DNA of 34,129 bases from a virus. Taxonomy: Duplodnaviria > Caudoviricetes. This document shows positions 8,714 through 16,763 of this stretch, piece by piece. Where the stretch lies: positions 1 to 34,129 of the IMG/VR virus record IMGVR_UViG_3300020044_001318; one strand, written 5' to 3'. A program made the translations under genes and the position numbers. The notes beneath the pieces were generated by a model. The model made no database searches, was not told the DNA's origin, and saw only the letters and a program-made list of their open reading frames with translations. Position 1 is the stretch's first letter; every line of letters begins with the position of its first letter.

Positions 8714-10163
8714 GCAGCTCATTGGTAATCACACCAGAATAAGGCTTCATCTGCAAAGCCCTTAAATCGGTCTGCCTTGGGTTTGTTGGGTCTGGTATTC
8801 CCCTGGCCTTTGCCACTTCTGGCAACAATTCAAAAATATTGCGGTTTTCAGCCAAAGTGCCCAACCCCTGACCAGGCACGCCCCGCGGATATGACGGGTG
8901 GCCAGATTGCATCACCATAGGAGTGCCAGCAAATATCTCGCCAATATTTTGCACACCGCCTTCTTGCGCAGCCAACTGCGCAGGGTCAGAAACCGCCAAC
9001 CTGGCACCGCCAATATTTAAACCGCCAGTATCTCTAAAATCTACGTCCATCATCTGTTTAATGGCCTTGCGCGTTTTGTCCGGCGCATCCCTAAACTGTT
9101 GAACACTTGTCGGGTCAGATACACCAGACCACTCAGGAATAAACTTCTTAATCGATCTGTCCAAACTTCTTTTTTGGCCCTTATTCATCGCGCTGTCAGC
9201 GTAGGCCAACATGGTTTCGCCCGTCATAGCCGCAAAATCCCCACCAGTTGGCGCCATGCGCCAAGGCAAATAAATCGGATTTTGTCCCGTCGCCTGCTTA
9301 ATCTCCGCAGCGTTTTCCATAATCTTTCTAACCGGCCCTTGCGCAGATGCCCAAACCTGGCCAGGATTGTTAAACATATAATCTTGCCCGCCCAACAACT
9401 CAACCGGCCTGTTAAATTTTACGTTGTCAATGCCAGTTAAATTACCGCCAGCCGCGGTGCGGTCAGCCATGCTCGTAATAAACGGCCTGCCAGCAAACTG
9501 ATCCAATGACACCGTTGGCGCAGTTACCACATTTGGGTTTAACTGAATATCACGGGTCATTGCTTGCAGCCTGGCCTGCTCTTGGACCCTGGGGTCATAC
9601 CGCGGGTCAAAAGCTCCAAACCCGCTACGGCCACCAGGCGGGACCGCAAACATAGGCTGCGGCGTTATCGCGCCAAGCAACGTGCCCGGCCTTTCTCCCA
9701 TCATCGCCGCATTCAACTCCTCACCCGCCAAACGTCCGGCCTGCTTAACAGTTGCACCCCCAGCCAACGCAGCCTGCCTAACTAACCTGGCTGCCTGCAG
9801 CGCTTCAGCCGGTGTCATAGGCGCCAAAGCACCAAGCTGGGACGCCGCCTGCTGGGCCGGACCCTGGGGCGCCAAAGGGAGAGTTTTGAGTAGCTCTTGT
9901 GAACCATACGGCACCTGGGGCTGCGGTCCATAGTCCACCTGGCCAAACATCTCCATGGGCATTGGGCTGCGCACTATATTGGCTATGTCTGACGGCATAC
10001 CAGCGGTTGCTGCAAGCCTGCCTCTGAGTGCCTGCAGTGGCATCTCGAGCGATGCCTGCGGGTCTTGGTACATCCTGTTGCGCCTGACCTGCGGATAGTA
10101 ACCAAACGCAGCTCCAAGCTCGTTTTGGTTTGGCGGCGCCAGGAAGTTAAAGCTAGTGGCCAT
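8694..10163 (-). CDS. 489-aa protein of unknown function; probable virion-internal/ejected protein with globular C-terminal domain
   Basis: A/Q/P/M-rich N-terminal ~180 aa resembles the ejection proteins. C-terminal ~300 aa has globular composition (MADRTAAGG, VWAS, HPSYPRGVPG). Lies between terS and terL. Confidence 0.8.
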   Translation of the reverse strand: MATSFNFLAPPNQNELGAAFGYYPQVRRNRMYQDPQASLEMPLQALRGRLAATAGMPSDIANIVRSPMPMEMFGQVDYGPQPQVPYGSQELLKTLPLAPQGPAQQAASQLGALAPMTPAEALQAARLVRQAALAGGATVKQAGRLAGEELNAAMMGERPGTLLGAITPQPMFAVPPGGRSGFGAFDPRYDPRVQEQARLQAMTRDIQLNPNVVTAPTVSLDQFAGRPFITSMADRTAAGGNLTGIDNVKFNRPVELLGGQDYMFNNPGQVWASAQGPVRKIMENAAEIKQATGQNPIYLPWRMAPTGGDFAAMTGETMLAYADSAMNKGQKRSLDRSIKKFIPEWSGVSDPTSVQQFRDAPDKTRKAIKQMMDVDFRDTGGLNIGGARLAVSDPAQLAAQEGGVQNIGEIFAGTPMVMQSGHPSYPRGVPGQGLGTLAENRNIFELLPEVAKARGIPDPTNPRQTDLRALQMKPYSGVITNELLKRLGY

Positions 10164-10322
10164 GATCGTTAGTGGTTCGTTGGCATTGGGCGATGGTAAT
10201 TGATTTTTTTAAAAATAAAAATAAAAATGTTCGTGAATGCACCGTTCCTGTGACCCTTCGCCGCCGGCCCTACCCGGCCCCCCACCGCGGCGGGGCAGCG
10301 GCCATGGGCGCCTGGCCGGCAC

Positions 10323-10409
10323 TTATCCACAGGACCAGACCCTAGTTGTTCATTTGAAACTGTGGATAACTGCCCAAACCGCGCATCAGTCTGTATAACC
10401 TGTGCGCAA
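10323..10409. promoter_or_regulatory. DnaA-box cluster
   Basis: Perfect TTATCCACA at 10323-10331 and TGTGGATAA at 10361-10369; degenerate TCTGTATAA at 10390-10398 and TGTGCGCAA at 10401-10409. Confidence 0.65.
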
Positions 10410-10535
10410 CTGGAAAATAACTTAACATAATGGACACTGTACGTAGTAGAAACAGACGTAAGCATTCACTTTGCTTTTTTGGGGAGTGCGTGCGCGTAGT
10501 TGCGCACAATCTATGCAAAAAGCGCATAACCCAGC

Positions 10536-11057
10536 CTAATCTGTCCCCAATTTATCTTTTACCTCAACGTCAACCACGTTGGTCTGATCGGTAATGACGC
10601 GCTGTTTAGCCTCTTTGAGGGCATCAAGCACGCTGATCCTGGTGTCGGTAACGCTGACATCAAGACGGTCGCCATAGACCTTTGGCTTGAGCTTAGAAGC
10701 CACCCATTTGCGAGCATCAACCTGGACTCTTTTCTGCTGAACCCAGGCGCTGGCCATAGCGCCCTCCAAACCTTCGGGCATCTGGGCATCAGCCAACTCA
10801 ATGATTTCCTCGGCGAGCTTATCGGCACGGTCGCCAATGGCTTGATCGTAAGCTGCGCGAAATTCGTGGTTGTTTTTGATTTTGTATAGAACCGCACGAT
10901 ACGACGGCATTCCTTCGGCGCGGAGCGAGCTGCTCAAACTCTTGCCTTCTGAGATGTCATCAATGATTTGTTGCCAGACATGGCTGTCTGGTGGATAGAC
11001 CATAGGCCGACCGCCTTTATTTTTGGTTTCAACCATTTGCATTGAACTTTGATCCAC
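10536..11057 (-). CDS. terS: Terminase small subunit (Sf6 gp1-like)
   Basis: GGRP..Y, ISEGKSLSS..MPS HTH, AEEIIELAD, and VDARKWVASKLKPKVYGDR signature. Exact start uncertain (GTG 11057 or a later ATG). Confidence 0.88.
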   Translation of the reverse strand: MDQSSMQMVETKNKGGRPMVYPPDSHVWQQIIDDISEGKSLSSSLRAEGMPSYRAVLYKIKNNHEFRAAYDQAIGDRADKLAEEIIELADAQMPEGLEGAMASAWVQQKRVQVDARKWVASKLKPKVYGDRLDVSVTDTRISVLDALKEAKQRVITDQTNVVDVEVKDKLGTD

Positions 11058-11071
11058 TTTTACTTACCTTT

Positions 11072-11106
11072 AAAAAAACAGGGTACTTGCACTTCTGCTT
11101 TCCCCC
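11072..11106 (-). terminator. Terminator-like hairpin with internal loop upstream of terS
   Basis: Minus strand GGGGGAAAGCAGAAGTGCAAGTACCC-TG-TTTTTTT: interrupted stem followed by a U tract. Confidence 0.4.
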
Positions 11107-11133
11107 AAAGGTTGGCAACTGCTTTGCCAGTTG

Positions 11134-11478
11134 TCATGCTATCACCTCAATCTCAACTTGGTAAACCTTAACACCACCAGGTCGCTGGAAATACTGCCAG
11201 TCTATTTGCTTATGGCCATCATCAACGCCAAGCCAATCAGCGACGCCATCCCTGACTGCTTTAAACGCCGACTGCAGGTTATCCCCATCTAACGGCCTGG
11301 GCGCCACCCTGGTGAGCACAATGGTGCAAGGCGGTGCTGGTGGTGCAGCCAAACCAGCCAGTGCATTAAACGCGCCTTGCCGGTGCTTTTTCGCCAACTT
11401 AGCCTTAACTGCCCAATGCAACCTTAAGTTCGCAACAGACACAATCTTCAACGACAGGCAAACTTCAATCATTACCAT
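11134..11478 (-). CDS. RusA-like Holliday junction resolvase/endonuclease (~114 aa)
   Basis: IVLTRVAPRPLDGDNLQSAFKAVRDGVADWLGVDDG fits the RusA-type D.DN...K...D......DD pattern. Start revised to ATG 11478 or 11472 because the longer ORF reads through origin repeats. Confidence 0.75.
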   Translation of the reverse strand: MVMIEVCLSLKIVSVANLRLHWAVKAKLAKKHRQGAFNALAGLAAPPAPPCTIVLTRVAPRPLDGDNLQSAFKAVRDGVADWLGVDDGHKQIDWQYFQRPGGVKVYQVEIEVIA

Positions 11479-11508
11479 GCCCTGTTTCCCGCTTTCCCCA
11501 TTTCCCGC

Positions 11509-11701
11509 CATCCTGGTCCATCCGGCCCATCCGGCATCCGAACCATCCTGGGTATATATACCCAGGAGGAAGGATTCGGATGATTGCCGAGGTGGGAACC
11601 CGGATGGTTTCGGATGACTTCGGATGATTCGGATGATGATTCGGATGCATCCTAATTCATCCGATTCGGATGGTTTCGGATACTTTCGGATGGTTTGGAT
11701 G
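11509..11701. repeat. Putative replication origin: perfect 22-bp palindrome flanked by oppositely oriented CGGATG/CATCCG iterons
   Basis: TCCTGGGTATATATACCCAGGA at 11546-11567. CATCC at 11509, 11519, 11528, 11535, 11544. CGGATG at 11577, 11601, 11611, 11621, 11630, 11642, 11667, 11687 plus variants at 11677 and 11696. Confidence 0.8.
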
Positions 11702-13702
11702 ACTTCGATACCCCCCATCAGCCTCAACCACCATGCCCTTAGCAATCATACTTTTGACTACTTCCCAAAATCTATTGTTCTTCACGTTATGTTCCTTAGC
11801 CGACTCCCGCCATTCGTCGTAATTGACTGCACTGGTCTGTTGATCGGTCGCCCGTTTGAGCTCGAGCATGACCAGGCACTCCATGACCCGCTTTTGGTTT
11901 GGTGACAGGTACGTCTTCTTTTGGACCTGGCTGACCAGGCCGCTGATGTCAACGCTGGTGAGATACGCGCCCTTGACCGCCAGGTTGTGCTTGTCCAGGA
12001 TCGGCAGGTCGATCTGAGTAATCTGAAAATTCTTGGCCGCGGGCATTTCAGCGTCCTTCATCTTCTTGGACTCAAACTGGATGGTCTTAGAGCCTGAGTC
12101 CAACGCCACCTTGTACTCGGCATCCAGGGCACCGCGCAGGGCCGTTGATCCCCGGCTGCGCTCCTTGTCCATGGCGCCTGAGTGGTGGACAACTAGCACG
12201 CAACACTTCCATGGTTGGCGCAGGTATGTGTCCAGGTGCTGGATGAAGGCATTCATGTCCTGGGTGCTGTTCTCGTCGCCCCCCATGTTCCTGGCCACGG
12301 TGTCGATGATGATCATGCTGGGTAAGCACCCGGCATCTGCACTGAGCTGCTTGACCGACTCAGCCACAATGGCCGCTTCGGTGCTGTCGTACAACTGTGC
12401 CGCCCGGTGGCTTTTGTATAACGGCACGCCGGCTAGGCTGATGCCGTTGCCCAACTCCCACGCCTTAAATCGCCTGGCCAACCCGTTGTGTCCCTCACCA
12501 GCAATGTAAAACACCGCGCCCTGCTGCACCTGGTGCCCGTGCCATGGAACGCCGGTGGCCACACAGCAGGCGATGTCGATGGACACAAAGCTCTTGCCAC
12601 CGCCTGGGTCACCAAACACCTGGGCCAAGCTGTCGCCCTCAATGTAATCATCCACGATCCACTTGATTTGCGTGAGTTGCAGGCTGTCTGCTCTGGAGAA
12701 CTCAAACGCCAGCTTATCCTTAACTGGTCCGGCCACGCGCTCAATCTGGTCTTTTACTGCTTCCAAACCCTGCAGGCAGTGCAGGTCATTAAAGTCTGTT
12801 GGTTTGGATGGCAAGTCAGACTCCGCAAAGTTTGGATAAACGATCTCGCCAAATACAAGCGACGCCGCGGCCCGACCCTTTGTCACCCCAGGGTTGCCCT
12901 CTGTGAACTGGTCATTGTCAGCACCAATCACGATCCTGGCCCCAGGAAACATCTCTTTCGCGCTCTTGGCCACCTTGGCTAAGTTGCCACAATCAAACGC
13001 CACCAACACCGTGTACCCCGTCGCTTCATGAATGCTCGCGCAAGTGGCAAACCCTTCGCCAACAAAGATCACCTTCCGATTCCCACGCAACTCGTAGAAC
13101 CCACCCTCAATCTTGCCGCCCTTTAAAAACCGTTTGTTCCCGTCCGCGTCAATGGTTTGGTAGCTCAGTATCTCCCCGGCCTGGCTGATCACCGGCACCA
13201 CCAGGCGCCCAGCCCGGTCAATCTTGATCCCATAAGGTCCAATGCGCTTTCTGACCAGGTATGGATGGTCAGCACTGGCATCTGTGTACGTCCCGACCTC
13301 CTCTTCAGCCTTCTCTGCAGCTACCGCCTGCGAGGCACTCTTTTCAGCTTCGCGCTTGGCCTTAAACTCTGCCACCCACTTGTCATGCTCGAGTCGCTCG
13401 CTGAACGTCATTGACCGTCCAGTTTCTGCCACCCACTTGGACTCAAACGTTGGCTCTTTCCAGCAGCCACACACACCCACAGGAATCTTGCCCCCAGTGT
13501 GCAAAATGTACCAACCGTCCACCGCACCCTTCTTGCTTGATATATGGGGCACCCGGTGTATCTCACCATCAGCAATCAACTCCTTGATCACCAGGCCGGA
13601 CACCTCACAGTGCCGGCGAAAGCCCTCAACAGGGTTAACCAAATCTTGCGACTCTGTGGCCACTGCAAAGCCATTGGGAAAAATGCTCGATAAACTGCTC
13701 AT
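11657..13702 (-). CDS. Primase-helicase (Toprim primase + RepA/AAA_25-type helicase + probable C-terminal winged helix), 681 aa
   Basis: HPYLVRK, Toprim VGEGFAT and ADND...G, TDFNDL; Walker A GDPGGGKS, YIAGEG, Walker B IIIDT, VHHSG..RSRGSTAL. Start revised to ATG 13702 (ATGA overlap with the Cro-like gene). Confidence 0.92.
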   Translation of the reverse strand: MSSLSSIFPNGFAVATESQDLVNPVEGFRRHCEVSGLVIKELIADGEIHRVPHISSKKGAVDGWYILHTGGKIPVGVCGCWKEPTFESKWVAETGRSMTFSERLEHDKWVAEFKAKREAEKSASQAVAAEKAEEEVGTYTDASADHPYLVRKRIGPYGIKIDRAGRLVVPVISQAGEILSYQTIDADGNKRFLKGGKIEGGFYELRGNRKVIFVGEGFATCASIHEATGYTVLVAFDCGNLAKVAKSAKEMFPGARIVIGADNDQFTEGNPGVTKGRAAASLVFGEIVYPNFAESDLPSKPTDFNDLHCLQGLEAVKDQIERVAGPVKDKLAFEFSRADSLQLTQIKWIVDDYIEGDSLAQVFGDPGGGKSFVSIDIACCVATGVPWHGHQVQQGAVFYIAGEGHNGLARRFKAWELGNGISLAGVPLYKSHRAAQLYDSTEAAIVAESVKQLSADAGCLPSMIIIDTVARNMGGDENSTQDMNAFIQHLDTYLRQPWKCCVLVVHHSGAMDKERSRGSTALRGALDAEYKVALDSGSKTIQFESKKMKDAEMPAAKNFQITQIDLPILDKHNLAVKGAYLTSVDISGLVSQVQKKTYLSPNQKRVMECLVMLELKRATDQQTSAVNYDEWRESAKEHNVKNNRFWEVVKSMIAKGMVVEADGGYRSHPNHPKVSETIRIG

Positions 13703-13917
13703 GCTTGTGCCTCCACCAACTCTGGCCATATGGACTTCCAACTGCCCTGGCACAGCATCTTGCGAGTGATCTTGCCCCCACTCTCTTGCTCTATGCGCAC
13801 AGCCTCCCAGGCAGACATCTCTCGACGCCCACTCAGGCACTGGTATAGGTACTGTTCATTCATGCCGACTTTTTCTGCCAGTGCTCGGCGCTCATCTGGT
13901 GCGATTTGTGTGTTCAT
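13699..13917 (-). CDS. Cro/YdaS-like HTH transcriptional regulator
   Basis: 72 aa. RRALAEKVGMNEQYLYQCLSGRR...AVRIEQESGGKITRKML is a typical Cro-like HTH; first gene of the leftward operon. Confidence 0.85.
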   Translation of the reverse strand: MNTQIAPDERRALAEKVGMNEQYLYQCLSGRREMSAWEAVRIEQESGGKITRKMLCQGSWKSIWPELVEAQA

Positions 13918-13926
13918 AGGGCACTG

Positions 13927-14035
13927 AGTCTAGCACCGCGCTCTAACGCCTAAAGATAAGTGGTAACCCTATTAGGGTTTAAAGATTAAAAATAATCTAG
14001 CGGTATGCTTGTTTGGTCTAGTTTTTTGCTAGAAT
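13927..14035. promoter_or_regulatory. Divergent early promoters with three 17-bp operators
   Basis: Leftward extended -10 TG-c-TAGACT (13935-13927); rightward TG-c-TAGAAT (14027-14035). Operators TCTAGC-ACCGC-GCTCTA 13929-13945, TCTAGC-GGTAT-GCTTGT 13996-14012, TCTAGT-TTTTT-GCTAGA 14017-14033. Confidence 0.75.
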
Positions 14036-14104
14036 TCTGGTCATGGGCAGGGAAATAGGTTCTCTGACCATCACGCCAATCATGGCCAAACAGGAGTAAA
14101 TGAA

Positions 14105-14365
14105 ATGACAAACGCAACACAAACCAGCCGCAACGAATCCATGTACGGCTTTGCAGATATTGACTTTTACATTGAGTCAGTCAAAGATTCCATCACCTAT
14201 AAATTCACCGGCGCCAACATGGTGGTTGCCGGCCTGATGTCAGACGCTCAAGAATTGATGTCAGTTGGCGACACTGAACGCGCTCGCCAAACCCTCAACG
14301 TCGCCAAGGCCGTTTTGTTCCAGATCATGGACGGCAACCTCGTCGGCACCGTTGAGCGCAAGTAA
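14105..14365 (+). CDS. Early hypothetical protein (86 aa)
   Basis: Strong SD (CAGGAG); first ORF after the rightward promoter. Confidence 0.8.
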   Translation: MTNATQTSRNESMYGFADIDFYIESVKDSITYKFTGANMVVAGLMSDAQELMSVGDTERARQTLNVAKAVLFQIMDGNLVGTVERK

Positions 14366-14407
14366 ACCAACCGGGGCCACGGCCCCGCACAACCCCGAAA
14401 GCAAAAC

Positions 14408-14494
14408 ATGAAACAAAAACTTCTTGACATTTTTATTGCCACCGCCATTGGTGTTGGCCTGGCTGCCCTGTTGGTCGCATGGTGGTCATCATGA
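14408..14494 (+). CDS. Small single-TM peptide (28 aa; not in ORF track)
   Basis: MKQKLLDIFIATAIGVGLAALLVAWWSS; ATGA overlap with the next gene. Confidence 0.6.
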   Translation: MKQKLLDIFIATAIGVGLAALLVAWWSS

Positions 14495-14685
14495 ACGCAT
14501 TCCCCAACCCCAACAGAACAGACCAAACAGGCATGACACTGCGTGACTGGTTTGCTGGTCTTGTTCTGCAAGGTTTAATTGCAAGCCCAAGAGGTACGCC
14601 AGATGGCAGTAATGCCACAGATGCTTACTACGCAAAATGCGCCTACCTCGTAGCAGACGCAATGCTGAAAGCGAGGCAAGCATGA
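14491..14685 (+). CDS. Small phage protein of the 'MTLRDYFAA...ADAML.AR' family (64 aa)
   Basis: GMTLRDWFAGLVLQGLIA...AYLVADAMLKAR; start revised to ATG 14491. Confidence 0.8.
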   Translation: MNAFPNPNRTDQTGMTLRDWFAGLVLQGLIASPRGTPDGSNATDAYYAKCAYLVADAMLKARQA

Positions 14686-14915
14686 CCGAACTCCAAGATT
14701 TCTGCCAAGAGCCGCGCACCATGGAAGAACTGGTTAACGCTGGCTTTACCCTGCACCAGGTCTACAACGCCGTCAGGCGCCGTGAACTGTGCAACACCAA
14801 GGCCACAGACGACTGGGGCCGCAAGCTCCGCGGTAAGGGTCTGTACTTGTCCACCGTTACCCCTATCCCTTATAACGCCGCTGCACTGGTGGCAGCTTGG
14901 AGCACACAACCATGA
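14682..14915 (+). CDS. Early hypothetical protein, possible winged-helix (77 aa)
   Basis: MTELQDFCQEPRTMEELVNAGFTLHQVYNAVRRREL...; ATGA overlaps at both ends. Confidence 0.7.
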   Translation: MTELQDFCQEPRTMEELVNAGFTLHQVYNAVRRRELCNTKATDDWGRKLRGKGLYLSTVTPIPYNAAALVAAWSTQP

Positions 14916-15172
14916 GCATTTCACCGCCGTGCCCCGATGGGTTGCTTGAGGTCAACCTTGATTGTGAAGGTGTTGAGTTAACCTGTTTTTTTGATTACAT
15001 CCCCGCCGAGTTTGGGTCAACCGACTCCATGGGCTTGCTCTATGAGCCTGACCGAGTTGCAGAATGTGTGCTTGTTAACGCTTACCTTGGTGACGTTGAC
15101 ATTGGCCATCTGCTTTTGCAATACCTGGTGGATGACCTTGAAGCCGCCGCCCTTAAATACACAAAGGAGTAA
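14912..15172 (+). CDS. Early acidic hypothetical protein (86 aa)
   Basis: MSISPPCPDG...; ATGA overlap with the upstream gene; strongly acidic. Confidence 0.7.
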   Translation: MSISPPCPDGLLEVNLDCEGVELTCFFDYIPAEFGSTDSMGLLYEPDRVAECVLVNAYLGDVDIGHLLLQYLVDDLEAAALKYTKE

Positions 15173-15176
15173 ATTG

Positions 15177-15617
15177 ATGAATGGATTAACTAACGTTGCA
15201 GAGGCCAGTTTCATAGGCACCAGTGTTGAAGACGCTGCGCCGTCTGGCGGCGTGTTGTACCCGCCCTATGAAGCGCGGCCTGCAGATGATAAGAACCCAG
15301 ACAGATGGTGGTTTGTGGCCAACAATGCATTTAACACGCTGTCGTTTAAATCAAAACGCGGCGCTAAATTTACAGACAAAGAAACCGCGCTGGCAATCGT
15401 TGAGAAATGGAACTCATTGCCCGAGGGGACAAAGTTTGACATACCGCCTGACCCGTATGTGGCGCCGCAATACGGCCAGTTAACTGACGCGCAGATGGCC
15501 AAATACGTGCGCAGCAAGCGATTGGTGGGCGACCGTTGGGTGTCGCCTATTGTTTTGCCTGGTGGCCCGCAAAGCGGCGATGCAATTGATGCTTATGAAG
15601 AAGGAGCAATGGAATGA
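15177..15617 (+). CDS. Early hypothetical protein (146 aa)
   Basis: Start revised to ATG 15177 after SD AAGGAG; ATGA overlap with the next gene. Confidence 0.7.
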   Translation: MNGLTNVAEASFIGTSVEDAAPSGGVLYPPYEARPADDKNPDRWWFVANNAFNTLSFKSKRGAKFTDKETALAIVEKWNSLPEGTKFDIPPDPYVAPQYGQLTDAQMAKYVRSKRLVGDRWVSPIVLPGGPQSGDAIDAYEEGAME

Positions 15618-15991
15618 CAATCACTGAACTCACCGCCGCCCTCAAAGTGGCCAAGGCCGTTGAAGATGCAGCCAAACAGGACCGCCTGGCCATTGAGGCT
15701 AAGATGGTCGCCCTGTTTGCAAAACCCGCATCTGGCGAAGGCACCCACAACGATGAAGAATTCAGCATCACTTGGAAGCTCAACCGCACGGTTGACACCG
15801 ACAAGTTGACTGCAGCTTATGACCAGTTGCCGGTCAACGCCCAGCGAGCATTTCGCTGGAAGGCTGACGTGGAACTGAAAAACCTCCGAGCCTTGTCCGA
15901 ACTGGACCCGGTGGCTTACTCTGCAGCCGCCCAATTCATCACCAGCAAACCCGCAAAACCATCTATCACTTTGAAAGACGAAAATGTTTGA
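15614..15991 (+). CDS. Helical protein preceding the Sak4-like ATPase (125 aa)
   Basis: SD AAGGAG. N-terminal coiled coil and C-terminal KPAKPSITLK, typical of genes leading phage recombination modules. Confidence 0.75.
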   Translation: MTITELTAALKVAKAVEDAAKQDRLAIEAKMVALFAKPASGEGTHNDEEFSITWKLNRTVDTDKLTAAYDQLPVNAQRAFRWKADVELKNLRALSELDPVAYSAAAQFITSKPAKPSITLKDENV

Positions 15992-16727
15992 CCTTAAGTC
16001 CATATCCAAGACCCGCCGAGTCCGCGCTCCAAAAATCGTTATTGTTGGCCAGGGCAAGATCGGCAAGACAACCTTTGCAGCCATGGCGCCCAACGCCATT
16101 GGCATCTTGACTGAAGACGGCGCCGACGCTGTTGATGCCAACGCTTTTCCCTTGGCGTCAAGCCTGGCCGAGGTTTACGCAGCCATTGAGACCTTGATCA
16201 GCAGCGAGCATGACTTTAAGACGCTGTTTATCGACTCGCTGGATTGGCTCGAGCCCATGGTCCAAGACTATGTGTGCAAGCAAAACAATTGGAAGAACAT
16301 TGAGGCGCCTGGCTTTGGCAAGGGCTATGTGGCTGCAGCCGAGGAGTGGCGCAACCTGTTGTCTGGCCTGGAAGTGCTCCGCGCCCAAAAGAGCATGGGC
16401 ATCATATTGATTGCGCATGACAAGATCAAGCGCATTGAAGACCCCTTGACCGAGGGCTATGACTCGCACGTCTTAAAGCTCCATGACCGCGCTGCCGGCC
16501 TGGTGCTTGAGTGGGCCGATGTGGTGGGCTATGCTGGGTATCGCATCTTCACCAGCAAGACCGACGCAGGCTTTGGCAACAAAGAAACCAAAGCCACCAC
16601 CACTGGCGAACGCATTTTGCACGTCGAACCTCATCCGGCTCATTGCGGTGGTAACCGCTTTGGCCTCACCAATATGCAGCTTGATTGGGCTGCATTCCAG
16701 GCCTCGTTGACCGCAGCGCAGTCCTGA
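15984..16727 (+). CDS. Sak4-like P-loop ATPase (AAA_24), recombination/annealing protein
   Basis: Walker A GQGKIGKTT, Walker B LFIDSLDWLE, GFGKGY, LIAH, EWADVVGYA, NRFGL. Confidence 0.88.
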   Translation: MFDLKSISKTRRVRAPKIVIVGQGKIGKTTFAAMAPNAIGILTEDGADAVDANAFPLASSLAEVYAAIETLISSEHDFKTLFIDSLDWLEPMVQDYVCKQNNWKNIEAPGFGKGYVAAAEEWRNLLSGLEVLRAQKSMGIILIAHDKIKRIEDPLTEGYDSHVLKLHDRAAGLVLEWADVVGYAGYRIFTSKTDAGFGNKETKATTTGERILHVEPHPAHCGGNRFGLTNMQLDWAAFQASLTAAQS

Positions 16728-16763
16728 TCCTCAATCCAACCATCAACCTTTAGGAAACACAAA

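Noticed and set aside
8479-8722. Minus-strand ORFs 8479-8673 and 8516-8722 as the true gene in this gap
   Set aside because: Weak starts with no SD, whereas the plus-strand ORF has a promoter, an operator and a protein-like sequence. Not formally excluded.
10169-10527. ORFs of 98 aa and 61 aa in the gap downstream of terS
   Set aside because: No SD, implausible composition (FIFIFKKIN from an A/T tract), and they overlie DnaA boxes and a GC block; treated as non-coding.
11509-11701. Short repeats as a CRISPR array or as a 203-aa protein N-terminus
   Set aside because: Units are only about 6 bp at ~10-bp spacing with no unique spacers. The IRIIIRIIR/HPNH translations are read-through of the repeats; an iteron origin fits better.
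14372-14387. GC hairpin CGGGGC-CACG-GCCCCG as an intrinsic terminator
   Set aside because: No U tract on the plus strand. It may be a stability or antitermination element, but nothing in the sequence discriminates.
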